A stretch of DNA of 44,431 nucleotides. Origin: Ruegeria sp. GTDB taxonomy: Bacteria > Pseudomonadota > Alphaproteobacteria > Rhodobacterales > Rhodobacteraceae. The notes beneath the pieces were generated by a model, which did not search any database, had not been told where the DNA came from, and saw only the letters and a program-made list of their open reading frames with translations. The position numbers and the translations under genes were made by a program. Every line of letters starts with the position of its first letter. The stretch's first letter is position 1. Where the stretch lies: contig JBPCWT010000331.1 in the NCBI GenBank assembly GCA_051009255.1, forward strand, positions 1-44,431. The letters are read 5' to 3'. Positions 36,522 to 44,431 of the stretch are shown in pieces.

Positions 36522-38294
36522 ATGAGTTCTTTGTTGTCTGTCCGAGACTTAAGCATCGGCTTCGGTGCGGCATCCCCTGTCGTTCAGAACGTGAATTTCG
36601 ATGTCGAGCCGGGACAGACACTTGCCCTTGTGGGCGAATCCGGGTCCGGCAAAACGATCAGTTGCCGGGCTGTACTGCGAATTTTGCCGCGCACGGCACA
36701 AATTCGCAGCGGCACGATCACACTCAATGGCGGCGATGGCCCAATGGACCTGTCCGAAATCAGCGAACGCCAGATGCGCGATATTCGCGGCAACAGGATT
36801 TCGATGATCTTTCAGGAACCGATGCGTTCGCTGTCCCCCCTGCATAAGATCGGCAATCAGGTGAGCGAGGTTCTGTGGCTGCATCGCGGCGCATCCGAAA
36901 AGCAGGCCCGGCGCACGGTTCTGGAACAGTTCGAACGCGTCGGCTTTCCCGATCCTGAACGCGCCTACAATTCTTACCCATTCGAATTATCCGGCGGTAT
37001 GCGGCAACGCGCGATGATTGCCATGGCGATGGTGGCAAAGCCCGAACTGCTGGTCGCCGACGAACCCACAACCGCCCTGGACGTGACAACTCAGGCGCAG
37101 GTTCTTGGTCTCATCAAGGATTTGCAAAAAGAAACCGGCATGGCCCTGATCCTTGTCACTCACGATCTCGGCGTTGTGGCGAACATGGCCGAAACCGTGG
37201 TGGTGATGCATAAGGGCCGCGTCATGGAGTCCGGGTCTGCCAGTTCGATACTCGACAGCCCCGCACACCCCTATACCCAACAATTGTTCGACGCCGCCCC
37301 GGCGATCCCAGACGAAGATTCCGTCGGCCTGCCAATGCCGGCCAAGGACTTGATCCTTGAAATGAAGGGCGTGTCCAAAACTTACACGATGCGCGCCAGC
37401 AAAGGATGGAAATCAGACAAGCTGATCCATGCCTGCCGCGGCGTGGATTTCCGTCTTGCGCGGGGCAAAACGCTGGCCATTGTCGGCGAAAGCGGATCGG
37501 GCAAAACCACTGCCGCCCGCATCGCGCTGGGTGCCGAACTGCCCGACCCCGGCGGCGAGGTCCTGTTCAGGCCGCCACATGCCAAGGAACCGATCACGGT
37601 TCATCAGATGTCGCGGGCCGAGCGAACAGCATTTCAGCGTCAGGCGCAGATGGTGTTTCAGGATCCCTACAGCTCTCTCAGCCCCCGGATGCGCATTCAG
37701 GACGCCATGACCGAGCCGCTGGAAATTCACCGCATCGGATCAACGGCGGAACAGCGCGACAAGGCTGGCGAAATGCTGCAGCGCGTAGGATTGAACGAAG
37801 ATATGCTAAAACGCTACCCGCACGCCTTTTCCGGCGGTCAGCGTCAGCGCCTGTCGATCGCCCGCGCCATGATGCTGGACCCGTCCCTGATCGTCTGCGA
37901 CGAGCCGACATCCGCGCTGGATGTGTCCGTGCAAGAACAAATCCTGACGCTGCTGGAAAAACTTCAGGACACGCTGAACCTGTCCTACTTGTTTATCTCG
38001 CATGATCTGGCGGTCGTCGCCCGTATCGCGGACGAGGTTGCCGTCATGCGTCAGGGGCTGGTGGTCGAGCAGGCACCACCTGAAACCCTGTTTTACAATC
38101 CTCGCCACCCATACACGAAGGCGCTGATCGCAGCGCAACCGGAACCCGACATTAATCGCCCGATCAACCTGAAATTGGTCGCATTGGGCGCTGGCTCCCC
38201 CGACAGTTGGGATGAAGCCTTTAGATTTTCAGACTCCGTGATACCTTCACTGGTGGAGATGGAGCCCGGCCACAAGGTACGTTGTCATGTTTAA
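36522..38294 (+). CDS. ABC importer ATP-binding protein with tandem NBDs (Dpp/Opp family)
   Basis: Two GESGSGKT Walker A motifs, LSGGMRQR/FSGGQRQR, DEPT twice and HPYT twice. Confidence 0.95.
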   Translation: MSSLLSVRDLSIGFGAASPVVQNVNFDVEPGQTLALVGESGSGKTISCRAVLRILPRTAQIRSGTITLNGGDGPMDLSEISERQMRDIRGNRISMIFQEPMRSLSPLHKIGNQVSEVLWLHRGASEKQARRTVLEQFERVGFPDPERAYNSYPFELSGGMRQRAMIAMAMVAKPELLVADEPTTALDVTTQAQVLGLIKDLQKETGMALILVTHDLGVVANMAETVVVMHKGRVMESGSASSILDSPAHPYTQQLFDAAPAIPDEDSVGLPMPAKDLILEMKGVSKTYTMRASKGWKSDKLIHACRGVDFRLARGKTLAIVGESGSGKTTAARIALGAELPDPGGEVLFRPPHAKEPITVHQMSRAERTAFQRQAQMVFQDPYSSLSPRMRIQDAMTEPLEIHRIGSTAEQRDKAGEMLQRVGLNEDMLKRYPHAFSGGQRQRLSIARAMMLDPSLIVCDEPTSALDVSVQEQILTLLEKLQDTLNLSYLFISHDLAVVARIADEVAVMRQGLVVEQAPPETLFYNPRHPYTKALIAAQPEPDINRPINLKLVALGAGSPDSWDEAFRFSDSVIPSLVEMEPGHKVRCHV

Positions 38295-40203
38295 GAAATT
38301 TCGGAATTCAATGTTTCTGGCCGCTTCGCTGGCCGTCTCCTCTGCTATGCCGCTATTGGCGCAGTCCACGCCGACGCCACTCGAGGGCGCGTTCTGGAAA
38401 ACCGATGTGGATGCAGGCAGCCTGCCGCCCATCACCGAACGGCTCCCGAAACAGCCTCTGGTCGTTGACCTCACGGCCAAGGGCCGTGAGTTCGGACAAG
38501 AGGGCGGAACGCTGCGGACCATGATCACACGGTCCAAGGATCTGCGGCAGATGGTGGTTTACGGATATGCCCGTCTCGTCGGATTTGACGAAAGCTACAA
38601 AATTGTCCCGGATATCCTGCTGGATTACGAAAACGAAGATAACCGCACGTTCACGCTGAAACTGCGCGAAGGGCACAAATGGTCCGATGGCTCGCCCTTT
38701 ACGTCCGAAGATTTCCGGTACTGGTGGGAAGACGTCGCCAACAACGAACTACTCAGCCCCTCTGGGCCACCTGATTTCCTGCTTGTTGACGGCAATCCGC
38801 CAACGGTATCGTTTCCCGACGAAACCACGGTTGTCTATGAATGGGACAAGCCAAACGCAAGCTTCCTGCAAAGCCTTGCACAGGCACGCCCGCCCTTCAT
38901 CTATCGCCCGGCCAAGTTTCTGAAACAGTACCATGCCGATTTTGCCGACGAAGCCGATCTGGCAGCCGCCGTCGAAGACACAAGGGTCAAAAGCTGGGCA
39001 TCGCTGCACAACAAGCTCGACAACATGTACAAGTTCGACAACAACGAACTGCCAACGCTTCAACCGTGGCTGAACGCAAGCGCGGGCAAGAAGATCCGCC
39101 ACAATTTCGTCCGCAACCCTTACTATCACCGGATTGATGCCAAGGGTGTGCAACTGCCCTATATCGACATTGTCGAAATGGAGATCGTGGCAGGCGGGCT
39201 GGTTGCCGCAAAAGCCAACGCAGGTGAAACCGATCTTCAGGGGCGCGGGTTGGATTTCCGCGACGCTTCGATCTTGAAAAAAGGCGAAGCCGGCGGAAGT
39301 TACAAAACGCTGCTGTGGCAAACCGGCGTCGCGTCGCAGATCGCGATTTATCCGAACCTGAACTTTGCCGACGATACATGGCGCGAAGTAATGCGTGACG
39401 TTCGTGTGCGCCGGGCTTTGTCGCTTGGTATAGACCGCCACACAATCAATCAGGCGCTTTACTTCAAATTAGCAAAGCCGGGCGCGATGTCCGTGTTGCC
39501 AAATTCACCCTTTTACTCCGAAGAAAACGCACAGGCCTGGGCCCAGTTTGACCCAGATCAGGCCAATGCGCTTTTGGACGAGGCCGGGCTGGACCAGCGC
39601 AACAAGAACGGCACGCGGCTGTTGTCGGATGGTCGCCCGATGGAACTGGTCGTTGAAACCGCCGGTGAACGGCAAGAAGTTGAAAACGCCCTGCAGATCG
39701 TCACTGACAACTGGCGGGATATCGGGGTTAAGCTTGTGATGCGCCCGCTCGACAGGGATATCCTGCGCAATCGTGTGTTCTCTGGAAATACGATGGCCGC
39801 CGTCTGGTTCGGCTGGGACGATGGCATCCCTCAACACCACACGTCACCCGCCTATCTCGCACCAACCGATCAGGTATTTTTTGCATGGCCCAAGTGGGGT
39901 CAACACCATCAGACCGGCGGCGAAGCCGGGGAACCGCCCGACCTGCCCGAAGCACAACGCCTGATGGAACTGGCACATGACTGGGACATCGCCACAAATG
40001 ATGACGAACGCGCGGCGGCATGGACGGAAATGCTGAAAATCCACGCTGACCAAATTTATGGAATAGGCATTCTGAACGGCGCACCACAGCCGATTGTTGT
40101 ATCGAACCGCCTGCGCAACGTGCCCGAAACGGCAATGTGGGCATGGGAACCTGGCGCGCATTTCGGCGTCTATCGCCCTGACGAGTTCTTTTTTGCCGAA
40201 TGA
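38287..40203 (+). CDS. ABC substrate-binding protein, family 5
   Basis: Sec signal peptide, LPPITERLPKQPLVV, LREGHKWSDGSPFTSED, RNPYY and RRALSLGIDR. Confidence 0.93.
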   Translation: MFKKFRNSMFLAASLAVSSAMPLLAQSTPTPLEGAFWKTDVDAGSLPPITERLPKQPLVVDLTAKGREFGQEGGTLRTMITRSKDLRQMVVYGYARLVGFDESYKIVPDILLDYENEDNRTFTLKLREGHKWSDGSPFTSEDFRYWWEDVANNELLSPSGPPDFLLVDGNPPTVSFPDETTVVYEWDKPNASFLQSLAQARPPFIYRPAKFLKQYHADFADEADLAAAVEDTRVKSWASLHNKLDNMYKFDNNELPTLQPWLNASAGKKIRHNFVRNPYYHRIDAKGVQLPYIDIVEMEIVAGGLVAAKANAGETDLQGRGLDFRDASILKKGEAGGSYKTLLWQTGVASQIAIYPNLNFADDTWREVMRDVRVRRALSLGIDRHTINQALYFKLAKPGAMSVLPNSPFYSEENAQAWAQFDPDQANALLDEAGLDQRNKNGTRLLSDGRPMELVVETAGERQEVENALQIVTDNWRDIGVKLVMRPLDRDILRNRVFSGNTMAAVWFGWDDGIPQHHTSPAYLAPTDQVFFAWPKWGQHHQTGGEAGEPPDLPEAQRLMELAHDWDIATNDDERAAAWTEMLKIHADQIYGIGILNGAPQPIVVSNRLRNVPETAMWAWEPGAHFGVYRPDEFFFAE

Positions 40204-40216
40204 CGGGGTCAGCTAA

Positions 40217-41245
40217 ATGATCATGCTGCGTTACGCGGTCTATCGTTTTTTTACCATGCTGCTGACGCTGCAGGTGGTCTCGATGCTGATCTTCCTGATC
40301 ATCAACCTGCCGCCCGGTGACTACCTCAGCAACCAGATCGCGGAATTGCAGGCATCGGGGCAATCGGCCGGCGTCGCCAAGGCCGAGTTTCTAAGGAAAG
40401 AGTACGCGCTGGATCGCCCGCTTTGGGAACAATACATGATCTGGGTGGGCTTCATGCCCGGCCCCCACGGGTTTTCCGGTCTGGTTCAGGGAAATTACGG
40501 CTGGTCCTTTGAATTTGACCGCCCAGTATCCGAGATCGTCGGCGACAGCCTGTGGCTGACCGTTGTCGTTAACCTTGCGGCCATCCTGTTCGTCTACGCG
40601 GTTGCCCTGCCGCTTGGCGTTCTTGCTGCTGCAAAGTCACGAACATGGATAGATTATACATCGGCCTTTGTCGGTTATCTGGGCCTTGCAACACCGAACT
40701 TCCTGCTTGCCCTGATCCTGTTTTATTACGGCCACCGCTATTTCAACCTGCCGATCGGCGGGCTGATGGATCCGATTTACGAGGGTCAGCCGATGAGCGT
40801 GGACAAGCTCAAATCTATCCTGATCCACCTGATCGTTCCGACCTTTGTGATCGGTACCTCGGGCGCGTCTGCCATGATGCAGCGCCTGCGCGCGAATATG
40901 CTGGACGAATTGGGCAAACCATACGTGGAAACGGCCATCGCCAAAGGCATGGCCCCGTCCCGTATGCTGACTAAATACCCGCTGCGCGTCGCGTTCAATC
41001 CCTTTGTCGCCGACATCGGAAACCTGTTGCCGTCGATGGTCTCGGGCTCTGTTTTGGTCTCGGTTGTTCTTGGCCTGCAGACAATTGGCCCCACGCTTCT
41101 GACGGCGCTCAAGACGCAGGACCAGTTCCTGTCGGGCTTTGTCCTGATGTTCGTGGCGCTGCTAACACTCTTTGGAACCATGATATCCGATATCCTGCTG
41201 GTCATGCTTGACCCGCGCATCAGGTACGAGGGGCGCGAGGCATGA
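40217..41245 (+). CDS. ABC permease (DppB/OppB type)
   Basis: LPPGDY, ATPNFLLAL and EAA-like YVETAIAKG; ends LDPRIR. Confidence 0.93.
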   Translation: MIMLRYAVYRFFTMLLTLQVVSMLIFLIINLPPGDYLSNQIAELQASGQSAGVAKAEFLRKEYALDRPLWEQYMIWVGFMPGPHGFSGLVQGNYGWSFEFDRPVSEIVGDSLWLTVVVNLAAILFVYAVALPLGVLAAAKSRTWIDYTSAFVGYLGLATPNFLLALILFYYGHRYFNLPIGGLMDPIYEGQPMSVDKLKSILIHLIVPTFVIGTSGASAMMQRLRANMLDELGKPYVETAIAKGMAPSRMLTKYPLRVAFNPFVADIGNLLPSMVSGSVLVSVVLGLQTIGPTLLTALKTQDQFLSGFVLMFVALLTLFGTMISDILLVMLDPRIRYEGREA

Positions 41246-42396
41246 CAAAACTTCCCGACGGTCGTTTCGTCGACGACGCCCCGTTCGACCCTCAGGCCTC
41301 GCTTCAACAGCTGGAGCGTAAGGACCTTGATGCGCCAAACTGGATCTTGGTCTGGCGCAAGTTCAGAACGCATAAGCTGGGCCTGATCTCGGGCGTCTTC
41401 CTGTTGCTGTGTTATCTGATGCTGCCTTTTGCGGGGTTCATCGCCCCCTACGGGCCAAATGAACGGAATGGCGAACATCTTTATGCCCCGCCCCAATCGG
41501 TGAAGTGGTTCCACGAGGGCGAGTTCAAGGGACCCTTTATCTATCCGATCGTGTCAGAAGCAGATCTTGAGACATTCCAGTGGAAGTTCGTGCCAGACAC
41601 CGAAGACCCGCGCCCGATCCGGTTTTTCTGCGAAGCCTCCGAATACAAGCTTGCGGGCCTGATCCCCTCGGACACCCACCTGTTCTGCGCCCCCGAAGGC
41701 GCGACATTGTTCCTGTGGGGGTCCGACCGGTTGGGCCGCGACGTGTTCAGCCGTATTTTATATGGCGCGCAACTGTCTTTGACCGTCGGCCTGATCGGTA
41801 TTTCAGTGTCATTTTTCCTTGGCATCCTGTTCGGATCAATTGCTGGGTATTTTGGCGGCAAGATCGACTGGGTCATAAACCGCGTCATCGAAATTCTCAG
41901 GTCGCTGCCGGAACTGCCGTTGTGGCTGGCGCTGTCCGCCGCCGTTCCTTCGAACTGGAGCCCTGTCGCCGTCTTTTTCATTATCTCGATTATTCTGGGC
42001 ATCCTTGACTGGCCGGGCCTCGCCCGATCTGTCCGCGCCAAATTCCTGTCCCTTCGGGAAGAGGAATACGTTCGCGCCGCCGAGATGATGGGCGCAGGTT
42101 CGGGGCGCGTGATCCGCAAACACCTGCTGCCGAATTTCATGTCACACCTGATCGCCTCGGCAACCCTGTCCATACCGGCCATGATCCTTGGCGAAACGGC
42201 GCTCAGTTTCCTTGGGCTGGGCTTGCGCGCGCCCGCGGTCAGTTGGGGCGTCATGCTGAACGACGCACAGAACCTTGCCTCGATCGAGATCTATCCGTGG
42301 ACCGCGATCCCGATGCTGCCGATTATCGTAATAGTTCTTGCCTTCAACTTCCTGGGTGACGGGTTGCGCGACAGCCTTGACCCCTACCAGCAATGA
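41242..42396 (+). CDS. ABC permease (DppC/OppC type)
   Basis: GSDRLGRDVFSRI, EYVRAAEMMG, ETALSFLGLG and GDGLRDSLDP. Confidence 0.94.
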   Translation: MTKLPDGRFVDDAPFDPQASLQQLERKDLDAPNWILVWRKFRTHKLGLISGVFLLLCYLMLPFAGFIAPYGPNERNGEHLYAPPQSVKWFHEGEFKGPFIYPIVSEADLETFQWKFVPDTEDPRPIRFFCEASEYKLAGLIPSDTHLFCAPEGATLFLWGSDRLGRDVFSRILYGAQLSLTVGLIGISVSFFLGILFGSIAGYFGGKIDWVINRVIEILRSLPELPLWLALSAAVPSNWSPVAVFFIISIILGILDWPGLARSVRAKFLSLREEEYVRAAEMMGAGSGRVIRKHLLPNFMSHLIASATLSIPAMILGETALSFLGLGLRAPAVSWGVMLNDAQNLASIEIYPWTAIPMLPIIVIVLAFNFLGDGLRDSLDPYQQ

Positions 42397-43748
42397 GCCT
42401 GCTGGCATCTCTGCCCGATCCTGACAGCTATCAGGTCACCGGTACGGGATATCGCCCCAGCGTGTTCGGCGTCTCGGAACTGGCAACTGCCAGTTTTGCA
42501 ACCGTGGGTCATGAACTGGCCCGATTGGTAAAGACACTGAACCTGACAGACAAAGAACCCGAGGTGACCGTTGATCACCGTCTGGCGTCGCTCTGGTACG
42601 GCTGGTCGTTCAAACCCGAGGGATGGGAAATACCCGGCGCATGGGACCCGATCGCCGGTAACTATCAGGCGTCCGACGGCTGGATCAGACTGCACACCAA
42701 CCTGCCACATCACCGCGCGGCAGCCCTGCGGGTTCTGGACACCACGGCAGACCGAGATCTGGTGTCGCAGGCAATTCACGACTGGCGTATTGGCGAGCTT
42801 GAATCGGCCATCGTTGCCGAAGGCGGTGCAGCCGCCGCCATGCGCAGCCGCACGGATTGGCTGACCCATCCTCAGGGCAAGGCGGTGTCGCGCGACCCTT
42901 TGATTGGCTGGAACGCGCCCCGGCACATAACCCTGCGGGACCGCCCGCAGGCAACCGCCGCACGTCCGCTTGCAGGGTTGCGTGTTTTGGACCTGACGCG
43001 CATTCTGGCCGGTCCGGTTTCGACACGCACACTGGCCGGATTTGGCGCAGAGGTCCTGCGCATCGACCCGCCTGACTGGGACGAACCCGGCGTGATCCCT
43101 GATGTTTCGCTGGGCAAAACCTGCGCCTATCTTGATCTGAAGTCGCCGCAGGGCATGGAACAATTCCAAAAGCTTCTGTCGCAGGCTGATGTGCTGGTGC
43201 ACGGCTACCGCCCCGGCGCCCTTGATCAACTGGGTCTTGGCCGGGATAAACGTGACGAGATCGCGCCCAATCGGGTCGAGGTCACGTTGGACGCATATGG
43301 GTGGCAAGGTCCGTGGTCCTCGCGTCGCGGCTTTGACAGCCTTGTGCAGATGAGCGCGGGTGTCGCCGACGCTGGACGGAATTGGGCAAAGACGGACAAA
43401 CCGACGCCATTGCCAGTTCAGGCACTGGATCACGCAACCGGTTACCTGATGGCCGCATCGGTTCTGTCGGCGATGGCGCAGGCCGCATCGGATAATTCGA
43501 TCTCTTTTGCTCACCTGTCGCTTGCTCGCACGGTCGAGCTTTTGGCCAAGCTTGAAAGAAACAGTTCAGGGGACGAGATTGCCGAAGCCAACGCGGGTGA
43601 TTATGCCTCGGCAGTCGAGGATTCCGGTTGGGGTCCGGGCAAACGGCTTAAACCCGCGCTTCAGGTCGGAACAGCGAAAATGAACTGGGCCTTACCCGCG
43701 CAAAAGCTGGGTACATCCCCGGCGGTGTGGAACGCATCCGAAAAGTAA
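42393..43748 (+). CDS. CoA-transferase family III (CaiB/BaiF)
   Basis: PLAGLRVLDLTRILAGP, GAEVLRID, YRPGAL and RRGFDSLVQ (catalytic Asp); ATGA overlap with the permease. Confidence 0.9.
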   Translation: MSLLASLPDPDSYQVTGTGYRPSVFGVSELATASFATVGHELARLVKTLNLTDKEPEVTVDHRLASLWYGWSFKPEGWEIPGAWDPIAGNYQASDGWIRLHTNLPHHRAAALRVLDTTADRDLVSQAIHDWRIGELESAIVAEGGAAAAMRSRTDWLTHPQGKAVSRDPLIGWNAPRHITLRDRPQATAARPLAGLRVLDLTRILAGPVSTRTLAGFGAEVLRIDPPDWDEPGVIPDVSLGKTCAYLDLKSPQGMEQFQKLLSQADVLVHGYRPGALDQLGLGRDKRDEIAPNRVEVTLDAYGWQGPWSSRRGFDSLVQMSAGVADAGRNWAKTDKPTPLPVQALDHATGYLMAASVLSAMAQAASDNSISFAHLSLARTVELLAKLERNSSGDEIAEANAGDYASAVEDSGWGPGKRLKPALQVGTAKMNWALPAQKLGTSPAVWNASEK

Positions 43749-43763
43749 CGCCTGCGACCCGGT

Positions 43764-44431
43764 TTACCGGTCGTCGCCCCCCGGTCCAATATCGTCCAGA
43801 TAATCTTCGTCAATCGCTGCCTGAACCGCGCCCGTTACCGCTTCGCGCTCTTTGGGTGTCAAATCTTCGGCGTCCTTGCCTTCAGCCAAGCGCACAGTGA
43901 CCTCGCGATGGGCAAACCTGATGCCCTCACGCGCAAACAATTCGCGGATATCCTGATACACCTTTTTGCGCACCAGCCATTGATCGCCCGGCTTGGTCAT
44001 GAACTTGACCCGGATGATCATCGCGGAATCCTGCATTTCGATCACGCCCTGCGACTTTAGCGGTTGAATGAAATTGTCGCCGATCACAGGATCGCTCAGC
44101 AATTCCTGGCCCAGATTCTTGATCAGTTTGCGCACCTTTTCGACATCCGTGTCATACGTCACCCGCAAGGGCAGCTTCATGATTACCCAATCGCGCGAAT
44201 AGTTGGTCAGAACCTTGATTTCCCCAAACGGGATAGTGTTCAGCGCACCCAGATGGTGGCGCAACTGCATGGACCGGACCGAGATTTTTTCGACGGTTCC
44301 CTTCACATCGCCGATATCGACATACTCACCCTTTCGGAACGCGTCATCCAACAAAAAGAAGGCGCCCGAAAAGATGTCACGCACCAAAGTCTGCGATCCA
44401 AATCCAACAGCCAGCCCAACAACACCTGCAC
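43764..44431 (-). CDS. MscS-family mechanosensitive channel (5' part outside the window)
   Basis: GVVGLAVGFGSQTLVRDIFSG, GTVEKISVRS, IPFGEI and NYSRDW. Confidence 0.9.
   Translation of the reverse strand, partial: AGVVGLAVGFGSQTLVRDIFSGAFFLLDDAFRKGEYVDIGDVKGTVEKISVRSMQLRHHLGALNTIPFGEIKVLTNYSRDWVIMKLPLRVTYDTDVEKVRKLIKNLGQELLSDPVIGDNFIQPLKSQGVIEMQDSAMIIRVKFMTKPGDQWLVRKKVYQDIRELFAREGIRFAHREVTVRLAEGKDAEDLTPKEREAVTGAVQAAIDEDYLDDIGPGGDDR

Noticed and set aside
42384-43514. 376-aa minus-strand ORF
   Set aside because: Antisense shadow of the CoA-transferase III gene.
1-44431. CRISPR arrays, tRNA/rRNA, IS elements, prophage or defence genes
   Set aside because: All intergenic gaps are under about 220 bp, with no direct-repeat arrays, tRNA-like motifs or transposase/integrase ORFs seen by eye.

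Overview
Chromosomal, gene-dense window from an alphaproteobacterium, most likely Roseobacter group (Ruegeria-like). This is inferred from gene content and order such as irr-fabA-fabB-fabI, a single-chain Ior and MttB/GcvT paralogues. Left part is housekeeping: miaB-[outer-membrane beta-barrel]-phoH-ybeY-corC-lnt, a GT2-like protein, a PhyH dioxygenase, irr, fabABI and slyD. Middle part is a 9-gene co-directional run (HAD, alpha/beta hydrolases, Thr/Ser dehydratase, pcaD-like, pcaB-like, MFS, Zn-ADH, atypical enolase-superfamily enzyme), then an SqrR/BigR-like repressor, a large ABC-exporter/cNMP-binding fusion with a degenerate ATPase domain and probable ATA start, DUF3307, and Lrp plus indolepyruvate oxidoreductase. 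Right part is a GcvT-like/MttB-like/TetR/FAD-oxidoreductase operon with a clear upstream palindrome, GST, a small SAM-methyltransferase, a family-5 ABC importer coupled to a CoA-transferase III, and the 3' end of an MscS gene. No rRNA, tRNA, IS, prophage or CRISPR array was recognised. All calls come from motif recognition by eye; no database searches were run.
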